Positions 1-10,934 of a DNA stretch of 64,000 bases are shown here, piece by piece (within the stretch, counting starts at the first letter, position 1; each line of letters starts with the position of its first letter). A program made the translations under genes and the position numbers. The stretch is from Prasinococcaceae sp. CCMP 1430 (taxonomy: Eukaryota > Plantae > Prasinodermophyta): positions 1 through 64,000 of the forward strand of contig RQSC01000032.1 in NCBI GenBank assembly GCA_013416795.1, in the 5' to 3' direction. A model generated the notes under the pieces. That model ran no database searches and was not told the DNA's origin. It saw only the letters and a program-made list of their open reading frames with translations.

Positions 1-959
1 CCGAGCTCGCGCGCGCGCGCGCGCGCCGCCGCTCGGGCGCTCCTGGCCCCCATGGCCCGGCTGGTCTCTGCGGGCGCGGCCTGCCCTTCCTGGTGCCGCA
101 AGCAAGCAGGGCGTTCAGCAGCTCCGCGCGGGCGGGGCCCTGCAGCAGTGCTCGGCGGTAGTCGTGCCCTGCCGCGCGGGCGCGTGCGCGTGCCGGCGGG
201 GCGGGCGCCGGGGAGCACTGCTGTGCGGGCGTGAGAATACGCAACGGTAGCGTTGGCTCGTCGACGCCGCCTTCCCGTCCCGCACAAAGCGTGTCCGCAG
301 CTTGCTCTCCCCACCGTCGCCACCACTCGCTGTCCCGCAGCTAGCAGCCCCGCAGCGCCTGCCCCGCTCTCGACGCCTCGCGCCCTTCCCCGCCTCCTCG
401 CTCTACCGTAGATGCTGTCGTTGGCCACCACGGGCGCGCGTGCTGTGGCGCCGGCGTCGCGCACGCGGAGGGTTCCCCCGGCGCACCGAGCGCGGCGCGT
501 GTGTTTCAGCCGCGCACGCGTTCATCTGTTCATCACGCGTTCTGGCGGAAAAAGATGAACACTTTGCGTTCCGAAAGTGCTGGATCCTCACGTGAAGTGA
601 TGCTCAATTCGGTCGCGCGGGACGCGCTTTTTTGATTCCACGTGGGTAAGAAGCTGCCACGCGTCGCTTCGATGGCATCACTTTCATTACATAACGGGGG
701 CACGCGTCCGCGCACGCATATCACCTGCTCGTGGATTGGTTGTAACAACCTTTGCGGGGCCGGGGGGCCGCGAAAGCTGGCGTAATTCATAATTTTTTCG
801 AAGACCAAAGTCGTTCGACGCGTCGACGCCGATTCGAGCGCGACAGGAAGAGTGCAGCCGCCCTCACGCGTGTGCTGCTCGCGCGCCCGCGCGTTTTCTG
901 TGCGTGTGCCCGCGCGTTTGCGGCGTGTGCGCCCGCGCGTGTGCGGCGAGAGAGCGGGC

Positions 960-1853
960 AGGCGGGCGGGCGGGGCACGCGGTTCGCGTGGGGCGCGTAC
1001 GTCTTCCTGCACTACTGCCTGCTCGTGGCGTACATCTCCAGGGGCGGCCAGGCCATCGAGGTCGCCACGGGCCTCAGCCCGGCCGTGGGCGGCGCGGCGT
1101 TCGCCGCGGCGGTCGGCGGCGCGTGCTACTTCCTCCAGCCCAAGGTGCTGGACGGCCTCAACGGCGCGCTCTTCGCGGGCGTCGTGGGCTCCTTCGGCGT
1201 GTGCCTGGTGGCCGCCGGCGGCCAGGCCAGCGCGGAGAACCTGGCGCACGCCGACTGGGGGGCCGTCACCGGCGCGCTGCCCGTCATCGCGCTCTCCTTC
1301 GTGTACCAGAACATCGTGCCGACGGTGGTCACCAGCCTCGAGGGCGACGTCGCCAAGATTCGCACGGCGCTCCTGGGCGGCACGGCCGTCCCGCTCGTGA
1401 TGTTCCTCCTGTGGGAGGCGGCCGCGCTGGGCGCCGCGCCGCCGGGGTCCGCCGTGGACCCGCTGCGCTCGCTGTCGGAGGCGGGCCTCGGCGGCTTCGT
1501 CGAGACCTTCTCGCTGCTGGCCGTGACCACCTCCTTCGTCGGCTTCGTCCTGGGGCTGAGCGACTTCCTCGCGGACGGCCTGGGCCTCCCCACTGGGCGG
1601 CAGCCGCTGCCGTACGCGCTGACGCTGGTCCCGCCGGTGGTCTTCGCCGCGCTGCAGCCGGACGTCTTCCTGGACGCCCTCGACGTGGCGGGCACCTTCG
1701 GTGTGCTCACGCTGTTCGGCGTCATGCCCGCGGCGATGGCGTACAGCGAGCGCTACCTGGGCAACGCCGGCACGGGCGAGGCGCCCTCGCTGGCCGCCGC
1801 GCGCGCGCAGCGCATGGTGCCGGGCGGCGCCGCGGCGCTCGCGCTCATCGGCG
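960..1853 (+). CDS. Aromatic amino acid permease (TyrP/Mtr, Trp_Tyr_perm family), partial. The N-terminal TMs are not found and the C-terminus runs into an N gap.
   Basis: Multi-TM ORF with FAWGAYVFLHYCLLVAYISRGG, LPVIALSFVYQNIVP, SFVGFVLGLSDFLAD and ALDVAGTFGVLTLFGVMPAAM, which are typical of plant/algal TyrP-like transporters. A possible transit-peptide exon at 52-230 is followed by a GTGAG donor. Confidence 0.8.
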
Positions 1854-2749
1854 NNNNNNNNNNNNCGCGGCGCGGCGCGAGCGTCCCGCGGGCGGCTTGC
1901 GCGCCGGATCGGGAACGTTACGCGCGTGGCCGTGTCCTGTGTATGCCAAACCTTGGAATGTGTCTCAACAATTCAGATTCTTGGTTGTCCCGAAGGGTGG
2001 GTGGGTGGGCGGGCGACGCGTCGCGTCGCGAGCAGCAGCAGAACTGGCACGGCCCGCCGCGCGCGCGCGCCCCGCCCCCCCCCCCAAAGGCCCGTGGGGA
2101 ACGCCGACTGTACTGTAACCTCTCCCATCCATGGGTATTTCGTCGAAATGGCCGGAACGAGCGCGGGGCCCGACCCGGTTCCTCTTCGCCAGTCATCCTC
2201 AGCCACAGCATCGAGCACGCGCGGCGTGCCATGCGCCGCGTGGCCACGCGACTCAACACCATACAGCATGATCAAAATTAAAAATAACATAATCTACAAC
2301 CACGGGAGAGCATCACCAGCGATTGACACAGCGATTGTATTGTACCATCGATTGTACGTACTCGGTTCCCCGAGACCGCGCTGGCGACCCAACCTGAGGC
2401 CTGTCTTCACGGGTCCGAAATTTTGCGAGGCTGCGACCACGTGATTTCGGATGGGATGCGCCGTGCCGAACGACGGCGACGCCCCTCGATCGATCGAGCC
2501 CCGCTCCAGCCAGTGTTTTTTTTTGGGTGTCCTGCGGGGAGCGATGCGGGCCGCCTTCCGCCTTCCGCCTGTCTGTGGCTGGCGGCGTGAAGGCGGGGCC
2601 GCGAGGGAGGAATCGAGCCGGGCGGGAGGATGGGTGCCGGGTGCGCTGACGCGCTGCCGCGCGGAACGGCTGTCGTGTCCTCCCCTCCCCGCGGCACGCA
2701 GGCGGCGGTGAACGCCCGAGGTTTGGGCGCTGGCAGGCGCGGCGCGGCG

Positions 2750-3500
2750 ATGGACGCGCGCCTCACGAGCGGCGCCCCCAGCAGCAGCGGCGGAGGCGGC
2801 GGAGGCTCGTGGCCGGAGGTCGCACCCGGTGAGCACATGGTGCACCTCAACGTATATGATCTGCCTCTCGAGGGAGTGCCCTCGTGGATCACGCCTTGCA
2901 CGTACCATTGTGGATTTGGCATCTTCCACAGCGGCGTCGAGGTGCGCGGCAGTTGACGTGCGCGCCTCCGCCCGGTAGGCCGGCCGGCCGCTCGCCCGCG
3001 TGCACTCCGCCCGCCCCGATCGCTGACACTCTCCCTGCACACCCCCCAAGGTGCATGGTGTGGAGTACTGCTTCGGCGGGCACGACGAGGACTCCAGCGG
3101 CGTCTTCAAGCTGCGGCCGAGGTCTGGTTACCAAGGAGCGGTGCTGCGTAAGAGGCACATGCTGGGCGGGACGCGCGCGACGTCCGCCGAGGTCGAGCAG
3201 CTGTGCCAGGCACTGGGAGACACCAAGTATCGCGGCCGCAACTACCACCTGCTGCACAGGAACTGCAACCACTTCACGACCGACCTGGTGAACGAACTCA
3301 CCGGCAAGGATGTGGCACCCCTCTACGTCAACAGACTCGCGAGCATGGCCATCACTTGCTCGCCGTGCTTACCCGAGGAGCTCGTGGGCACCGTGGAACC
3401 AGCGCTCTTCGACGACGTCGCGCCAAGATCAGGCGGGTCGGTGAACGAGACCGACCGGCTGCTCAACGCACCCGTGTCGACGAGCGGCATGTATCGCTGA
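2750..3500 (+). CDS. PPPDE/DeSI-family desumoylating isopeptidase, 2 exons (intron 2942-3050)
   Basis: VHLNVYDL...GIFHSGVE|VHGVEYCFGGH and YHLLHRNCNHF; the catalytic His and Cys are intact. The GT..AAG intron restores the frame. Confidence 0.92.
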
Positions 3501-3830
3501 CGGCTGCACACCCGACGCGCTCCTTGAGTGGAGGTGCTGGCAAAACGCTCCGTGCGCGCTGTGCCGCCATCGGTCGAGCGCCGCGCCCGCAAACACGCAC
3601 TGTGCAGCGACTAATAATTACATAGCAAGCGAACAGCATTTGCGGAGACTCACTCGTGATTTCTCGCTCGCCGTGAGTCCTGCGAGTGGGAAAGCAGCAC
3701 TCCCACAGGACAGCCGATGGTGTCAGGACAGCGCGGCGCGGTACGTCGGAACTTGTCCATTCACAGTATTATCTGGCCTTGCGAGGAACCGTCCGAAGGC
3801 GCAGCGCATGGGATCCCAGCGCACGAAGCA

Positions 3831-4445
3831 CTACTGCACGCCGACGCCGCTGGCCCTGAGAGCGGCCGATCGCGGCGACTGCTTTGCGGTCTCCACGAGC
3901 CAGCAAAAGGCGTCATCGACACCGTCGCCCTCGAGTGCTGAGATTGACTGTATGCGCACCTGCCGCTCGTTGGGACGCCCGCGCATGCCCAGTCGCGACC
4001 ACGTTTCTTCCTCGCCCACGGCGCCCTCCTTGTCGCGCTTGTTGGCGAGCACGAGCAGTGGCGCGCCGTCCAGACGCTCCGACGCCAGAACGACGTCGAT
4101 GGCACCCCGGGCATCCGCCCAGCGGTCCGCGTCGTCGTCCGCCGCGTCGACCACAAAGACCACTGCGTGTGCTTCCTCGTAGTAGTTCTCCCAGATGGAG
4201 CGCAGCCCGGCGGCCCCGCCGAGGTCCCAAAGAATGAGCTTGGTCTTGAAGGCCTCTATCCTACCGATATTGAGCCCAACCGTTGGAAGAATCTTCTCCG
4301 GGGGCAGGCTTTCTTCGCGCGAGTACTTGCCCTTCAAGTGCTCCAGCAACGTCGTCTTGCCCCCGTTGTCCGCGCCCAGCATAAGCACATGGTACTCCTC
4401 CCGCTTGAATAAGTACCAGAAGAGGCCGTAGAAGAACGAGAACAT
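3831..4445 (-). CDS. ARFRP1: ADP-ribosylation factor-related protein 1 (ARF-like GTPase)
   Basis: MFSFFYGLFWYLFKREEYHVLMLGADNGGKTT, PTVGLNIG, WDLGG and LANKRD, with the ARFRP1-type N-terminus and SALEGDG. Confidence 0.9.
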   Translation of the reverse strand: MFSFFYGLFWYLFKREEYHVLMLGADNGGKTTLLEHLKGKYSREESLPPEKILPTVGLNIGRIEAFKTKLILWDLGGAAGLRSIWENYYEEAHAVVFVVDAADDDADRWADARGAIDVVLASERLDGAPLLVLANKRDKEGAVGEEETWSRLGMRGRPNERQVRIQSISALEGDGVDDAFCWLVETAKQSPRSAALRASGVGVQ

Positions 4446-4538
4446 GGGAAGTGGGCGGGCGGCACAGGCACCAGCGCGCACGTGCGCGCGCGCCCGCACC
4501 CACGCGCCCGCACCCACGCGCCGCTGCAATGGGCAAGG

Positions 4539-5011
4539 CTACTGGCCTTGCTGCTGCTGCGCCTGCTGCGGCGGTGGCACCTGCTGCGCCTGCTGCGGCT
4601 GTTGTGGCTCCTGCTGCTTTGGTTGTCCTCGCTCCTGCTCCTCGTCGGTGTCTCCCTCCAGCGCCACGCCCGCAAAGCCGAAGGAGCGCTTAATATCTTG
4701 TTCCTCTCGCTCTAGTCGCTTCACTTCGGCAAGTGCACGGTCGCGCAGTACCCGCAGCGACGACTCCTGCGCGGACAGCGCTCTGTGTCCCGCCAGTTGG
4801 CCATGTGCGGCGGGGCGCGAAGGTGCGCGCGCGGAATGCGTCAGATCAGGCCAATCGCCGAGTACGCACACGGCTGCGAGCTAGGCACGAGCACCACCGC
4901 CCACCCTGAGCACGCCACGCAGCAAGCGCAGGCTCGGGGCGCCCCTGCGCGCGCGGCGCGAACGCACCGCGCGAGCTCGCTGTAGTGCTCCTCGCGGGGC
5001 CAGTCGGGCAT
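4539..5011 (-). CDS. Small coiled-coil protein with a Gln-rich tail, SNAPC5(SNAP19)-like, 2 exons (intron 4967-4783)
   Basis: The spliced product is MPDWPREEHYSELARALSAQESSLRVLRDRALAEVKRLEREEQDIK, with a GTGCGT donor, CTGAC branch site and CACAG acceptor (phase 2). The spacing of L/E/L/L/RL/EE matches the SNAPC5 N-terminal helix. Confidence 0.5.
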
Positions 5012-5397
5012 TGACGGGCCGCGGGCTAGGCCTCGATGTAGGCGTGCGCGTGCAGGAGGCGCGCACGCGCGTCCCTCGACGCGTGCGGGTGCGCGCACGC
5101 GCGTGGAGGGTGTGTGTGTGTGGGGGGGGGGGGGCAGTGCGCGCGCCGTGCACCGCCACGCAGTGCCGTGAGCGCGCGCTGTAGGGTACGCGCGCAAGCG
5201 GCGCTGCTAGAGACGAGCGGGCGAGAGCAACGGTCGAAAAAACCACGGCGGGGATTCGGTGCGCGGCGGGCGCCGGCGTGTGGCAAGCGTATGTCGGCGG
5301 CGCCGCCGCTGGGGCGCCACAAGGCGCGCGCGCCCAGAGCGAGCGCCAGGGGCGGGGATAGGAGGGGGGTGGAGGTTCGCCGGGGCGCGGCGCGGCA

Positions 5398-7040
5398 ATG
5401 CCCGACCGACGGCCCGGGGTCAGCCGCGGCGCGCCGCTCTGCCGGTACTTCGCGCAGGGCCGCTGCCGCTCGGGCGCGTCGTGCCCGTTCCGCCACGACA
5501 AGACGGCCGACCCGTGCCTCGAGGTGTGCCGCTTCTACCTGCGCGGCGAGTGCGCGCACGGCAACAAGTGCCGGTACAGGCACACCAAGCCAGCGGCAGC
5601 CGCCGCGGCGCCGCCGGCGCGGCGCGCACCGGTGCGCCTAGCCGCCGCCGCGCGCTCGGCGCACGCAGCCGCAAGCATCGCGGGCGCGCACGGGGAAGGA
5701 GGGGGAGGGAGGGCGAGCGTCGCGATGGCGGATCGGCGCGGCGGAGAGGGTGCGCCCCCCTGGCGCCGCGCGCCCCGCGCGCGCAGTGGCTTGCCCCGCC
5801 CCAAGTGCTCTCGCCAGCCCGCTCTTTTTCCACCATCGACTCGTCCCTTACGGTACCGCCCCGCTCGCGCTGCCCGGCGGCTGCTGGCGGCTGCGTGCGC
5901 CAGCCACATCGCGCGCACGGGGGAACGAGCATGCCAAGACGGCGCGCACCGGTGCGCCTCGTGCCGGCGGCGCCGCTGGGCGTCGCCGACCTCGCAGAGG
6001 CCCTGCCCCCGGTGCCGGCGGGTGGCGCTGGTGAGGGCGCCTCGGCGACGGCCGACGACGACCGGCCGCTGTGCTCCCTGTACGCGAAGACAGGCGCGTG
6101 CGAGCGCGGTGAGGCGTGCCCGTTTGTGCACGGCGACACGTGCCCTCGCTGCGGCCTGCCGTGTCTGCACCCGTCACCAGCACGCGCCGCCGAGCGGGAA
6201 CAGCACGAGGCAGAGTGCGCGGCGCGGCACGAGCGCGCCAAGGCCATCCGCGACTCGCGAGACGTCGAGTGCTCCATCTGTCTGGAGAAGGTACTGTCGG
6301 ACCACTCGGGCGGGCTCGACACGTCCGACGGCGGCACGCAGCCTGACCCGAGCTACACGGCCAAGAAGTTCGGGCTCATGGAGGTGAGGGGAGCGGCATG
6401 AGCGCGGCTGTTGCGAGCGCGCCGCATCGCTGTCGTGGTGGGTGGTGCGCTGACACGCGCATTTTTCTCCTGCGCTCGCGCACGCCTGCGCGCGTCCTCC
6501 GGCGGCCGCCCTCTCACAGGCGTGCGACCACCCCTTCTGCCTGTCGTGCATCCGGCAGTGGCGCGGCGGCGATGCTGACAAGGGCCAGGCGCGCACGTGT
6601 CCGCTGTGTCGCACGCGCTCGAACTACATCGTGCCCTCGGCAGTGTGGCCGCGCGATGCCGACGAGAAGGCTGCGCTCATCGCCGAGTGGAGAGGGCGAT
6701 TGGCGAGCATCGACTGCATGCACTGGCGGATGGGCGAGGGGACGTGCCCCTTCGGTGAGTTGTCGCGCGAGGATCGGACGACACGAGCTCGCGAGTGCCC
6801 GGTAGCGCCGCCTGATGCCAAGATTTGCCGCGCTCGTGCTGACGCGGCTGCCGCCTCTCGAACTGCGCGCGCCTGTGCTCGCGCGCGCCAGGCGGCTCGT
6901 GCTTTTACCGCCACGCGTACCCCGATGGCTCGCTGCAAGACCGAAGCAAGTCCGTGCGCTTCGTGACAGTGGGCGACGACGATGGCACCGGCCACATCGT
7001 GGCAGCGCCGAGGCTGTGCGACTTCCTCGGCCTGCCGTAG
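5398..7040 (+). CDS. MKRN: Makorin-family RING E3 ubiquitin ligase with CCCH zinc fingers, 4 exons
   Basis: CRYFAQGRCRSGASCPFRH, CRFYLRGECAHGNKCRYRH, a third CCCH finger, the makorin Cys-His motif CPRCGLPCLHP, RING CSICLE..CDHPFCLSCIRQW..CPLCR and a final GTCPFGGSCFYRHAYPDG. Introns are at about 5632-5903, 6384-6519 and 6756-6891. Confidence 0.93.
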
Positions 7041-7205
7041 TCTCTATGTAGTAATCTCCTGTATATTAGTTGTAACATATGGTGTGTGCGGGGGCTCGGT
7101 GCACGGACGGCCGCCGCCGCATAGAGCACAGAAAGAGCACGCCGGCGCGAGCACCGCCCCCAGCGCGTGGCGACGCGCCGCAGCGCGATTTCAGCGACCA
7201 AGAGA

Positions 7206-8198
7206 TCACTGTCCATCGAGCGCATCTATTTCCAAGAGCTCTGCCTCCGTGAGTTTCAGATCGGCGGCGGCCAGCGAGGTCCGCATGTGCGCCGGATTCG
7301 TGCTGCGGGGGATGACGGCCATGCCGCGCTGCAAGGCCCACGCGAGCGTCACCTCGGCGGCACCGACGTCGCCGTGCGCCTTGCCTATGCGCACGAGCGT
7401 CGGGTGCGCAAGCACTGGGTTGCTGCCCCGTTTGTGTATGTGCTGCGTCCCAAGGACTGAGTACGCCTGGTAGACGGCACCGATGCGCTCGGTGGCTGCG
7501 CGCGTCGAGCGGTCCTGGTGCAGGGGATCCGCCCAGTTCTGCACGACGTGCGGGCCCTCGCGTGCGAAGTTACCGAGCTCTTCGAGGTCACTCGGCCAGA
7601 AATTGGAGACACCAATGGCGCGGAGCTTGCCCTGCGCGTACGCCTCCTCGAGTGCGCGCCAAGAATCGCGCCACGTGCCCTGCTCGACGTGGTCGCGGCC
7701 GCACAGGTCGCCCCAGCAGCGAGGATAATGCAGCAGCATAAGGTCGAGATAGCTCGTCTGAAACTGCTGCAACGACCGCTCGACGGCTCGCAACGCGGTC
7801 GAGTAGCCGTGGTCGCGGGGATGTATCTTCGTCGTGATCCACACGTCTTCGCGCTTCGCACCGCTCGCGCGCAGGCCCTCCGCGACGAGGTCCTCTCGAT
7901 ACCACTCGTACGCCTGCGCTGTGTCCAGGAGCGTGTAGCCTATGCTGAGCGCCGACTCGACAGCGGCTCTGCAGTCCCCGCCCATCGCAGCCGTACCGAG
8001 GCCAATCGCCGGCATGAGCAAGCCGTTCGAGAGGCGTATGACAGAGGTACCGTCGCTCGCGCGCTCGCGCGCGAGCTCACCGCCCCACCCCACGAACGCT
8101 TCCTCGAGTTCTTCCCCGCCGGAGAGCTGCGGCGCGCCCAGCGCGCACGCGGCGAGCGCCGCCGCCGCCAACAGCCGGCACGCCCGGCGAGCGATGCG
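7206..8198 (-). CDS. Aldo-keto reductase (AKR superfamily), 5' end uncertain (N at 8199)
   Basis: MPAIGLGT, LLDTAQAYEWY (catalytic Asp/Tyr), WITTKIHP (Lys), YLDLMLLHYP, GKLRAIGVSNF and VIPRSTNPAHM. Confidence 0.9.
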   Translation of the reverse strand, partial: RIARRACRLLAAAALAACALGAPQLSGGEELEEAFVGWGGELARERASDGTSVIRLSNGLLMPAIGLGTAAMGGDCRAAVESALSIGYTLLDTAQAYEWYREDLVAEGLRASGAKREDVWITTKIHPRDHGYSTALRAVERSLQQFQTSYLDLMLLHYPRCWGDLCGRDHVEQGTWRDSWRALEEAYAQGKLRAIGVSNFWPSDLEELGNFAREGPHVVQNWADPLHQDRSTRAATERIGAVYQAYSVLGTQHIHKRGSNPVLAHPTLVRIGKAHGDVGAAEVTLAWALQRGMAVIPRSTNPAHMRTSLAAADLKLTEAELLEIDALDGQ

Positions 8199-8439
8199 NC
8201 TCGCGGTGACTAAGCGCGCTGCCGCTGCCGAGCGCTCGTCTGACGCCCGCGCCACCTCCCCGCCTCGCTCTGTAGGTGCCGGTGCGATGGGAGCTGTCGC
8301 TCGCGTTCGTGGACGCGGCAGGCACGGTGCGCCCCCTACCTGCGGCACGCCATCGAAGGGCGCTGCTCGACGCTGAGAAGCTCATCTTCCGAACTGACGC
8401 CGCCGCGCGCGTCGAGGGCTGGACGAGGTCTCGCAGGCC

Positions 8440-9315
8440 ATGTCCGAGTGGGGCTTCTTCAATGCGAGCGGCCACGGCGTGGACGCGCGCATCGCCGCGC
8501 GCTTCGAGGCGGCACAGCGGGCATTCTTCGCGCTGCCCAAGGAGCACAAGACGCGCGTGAAGCGCCAGGCGGACAACTCGCGCGGCTGGTTTGATGACGA
8601 GCTCACGAAGCAGAAGCTCGATTGGAAGGAGTGCTTCGACTTCGGCGCGCAGGATGGTCACCTCGACGGGCGCTCGGATGTGGATGGGTACAACCAGTGG
8701 CCGGCCGAGCCCGCCGATTTCCGCGTCGCATGCGAAGAGTACTACGCGGAGGCCTTCGCGCTGGCCACCGACCTGGCGGCCGCGGCAGCGCTCTCGCTCG
8801 GCCTGGCCGAGGGCTACTTTGACGCGTGCTTCGAGAAGCACACGAGCTATTTGCGCTCAAACTGGTACCCCCTGTGCCCGGACACGTCCGCCAACCTCGG
8901 GATCGAGCGCCACACGGACGCGGGCTTCCTCACCGTCCTCATGCAGGATAGCGTGAGCGCGCTGCAGGTGTTCCACGACGGTGAGTGGACGCTTGTACCT
9001 CCCGTCGAGGGGGCATACACCATCAACGTCGGCGACCAGCTCCAGGTCTTCAGCAACGACCGGTACCGCGCCGCGTTGCACCGCGTGCTGGCATCGGAGG
9101 ACGCGGAGCGATTCTCCGCGCCCTTCTTCTTGAACACGAGCTACGGCACGGACGCGCTCCCCGTGGGCGTCGCAGACGAGGACGCGCTCTACTCGCCCGT
9201 GAATTGGGGCGACTTCCGGAGGCGGCGCTTTGAGGGTGACTTCAGCGACCAGGGCGAGGAGGTGCAGATTGCACACTTCCTCAAGGCCGGCGCCGCTTCC
9301 CGTGCGGGGCAGTGA
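8440..9315 (+). CDS. 2-oxoglutarate/Fe(II)-dependent dioxygenase (DIOX_N + 2OG-FeII_Oxy, IPNS/flavonol-synthase-like); upstream exon(s) are likely
   Basis: WGFF..GHGV, FFALPKEHK, ERHTDAGFLTVL (HxD), NVGDQLQVFSNDRY, LHRV and RFSAPFF (RxS). Confidence 0.92.
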   Translation: MSEWGFFNASGHGVDARIAARFEAAQRAFFALPKEHKTRVKRQADNSRGWFDDELTKQKLDWKECFDFGAQDGHLDGRSDVDGYNQWPAEPADFRVACEEYYAEAFALATDLAAAAALSLGLAEGYFDACFEKHTSYLRSNWYPLCPDTSANLGIERHTDAGFLTVLMQDSVSALQVFHDGEWTLVPPVEGAYTINVGDQLQVFSNDRYRAALHRVLASEDAERFSAPFFLNTSYGTDALPVGVADEDALYSPVNWGDFRRRRFEGDFSDQGEEVQIAHFLKAGAASRAGQ

Positions 9316-10934
9316 AGAAAACGCAGCGGCGTCATGAAGGACGGCGGCGTAACTCCGTGTGAGTGGTGCCCAGCTCGCGCGCAAGTTTTGCGCTTGGCTG
9401 CGGTGGCGAGGTGGCACATTGCTGCTGCCACCGCGGCCACGGCAGGTGCACCGAGCGGGAGGGGGCGCAACGAAGGTGTGTGTGCGGCGAAGCGTTGCAC
9501 ACACGATGTAGCACTATTGTACATAAGATCATTTGTTCCTCACAAGGTTCGTCGGCGTTGATCGTTACGGCGTAGTTTGAAGGGGGAGGGGGGGAGAGGG
9601 AGGCACAGGCACTCAAACGACACGACACGACGCTCGCCCCCCATTCGCCGCCTTACCTTTTGCGTCGTGGCGCTGCCGTGGTGGTCTTGCGTCTCTCGCG
9701 CCCAGGCTGCGCAGCTCCAGCGGGCGTGCTCGTTGCGTGTGTGGACGTCCAGCGCTCATGCACTCATGCAGCCATTCGCTCATCCACTCATGCAGCCATG
9801 CGCTCATCCTCTATCCCTCCTCCCTCGTGTGATTCGTTAGAGTCTGTCCTAGCATTGTGGCAGCGCGCGCCTCGGTCGTGTCTGGTTTGTTGTAGTGTCT
9901 GGTCTTGCTTGCCTGCGTGCCGTGCGTGAGAGCAGCGGGCGCACGCGCGCGGCAGCTTTTTCTTCTGCGCCATTTTCCGCGCGGCGAGCAAGTGCAACAG
10001 CGGCGGCGGCGGCGGCAGCTCGCACGCGCGCGCGCGTGATATCCCCAGGGAGGCTGTAGTATCCGCGTGTTCAAAGGTTTGTGGCGGCAGGAACGCACTC
10101 GTGCTGCGGGCTGCGTGCGCGAGCAAAGCAAATGGCGCCGGCTGAACATGCCTGCAACACGCACATCGGCGTGGCCACGCACGGCACAAAAAAGGAAGAC
10201 CGGCGCGGCAGCACCCACCGAGCACGCACGCGACGCGCCCGAGCGCGCGCGGCCGCGCGTGGGCGCGCAGCAGGGGGCGTGCGCACGACACGAAGAGGTG
10301 TCAGCGACCGATCGCCACGGCGCACAAAAAAATAGTCTGCATGCGCAAGCGCAAGACACTGCAGTGTGGTGTGGTTGTGCTCCAGTCTCTCCCCTCCCAC
10401 ATGCGTTTCCCCGCCGCCGCCCTGCCGCCCCTCCTCCCGTCCACTTAGGTCACCCGCGCTCGGCGGGCGCGTTGTGGCGCCTCCCCTCCCTTCCCCCCCA
10501 CCCCCGGGCGGGCACGGCAACGCGGGGCGGGCGGCGCGGTACGGAGCGCGGCTCGCCCGCGCGTTTGTTTGTGCGGGCAGCGCACACGCACACGGAAAAA
10601 CACGTACGTGGTAGGAGCTTTTGTCGCAGCGAATATGTGGGCAGCGCATTTCCACGTCGGCACGCCGCGTGTGCCCGCGCACATTGTATGATATACCTGG
10701 CCGTCTGACGTGTGTGCTGACGCGGCCGGCGATCGTTTTCAGGCGTATCATCACACGCAACTTGCAACCTGTGTCTGAGCGGCGCGTGTTGCATGCGACG
10801 ACGAGCGACGCCACCGGTGGCGGTGGGCACTACACAGAGCGAGGGGCGCCAGCAGGAGGCGCTAGCGGCGCACGGGAAGGCGCTGCGAATCGAGCACGCC
10901 GCGCTGGTCGTCACAGAGTCACGGCCCATTGCCA

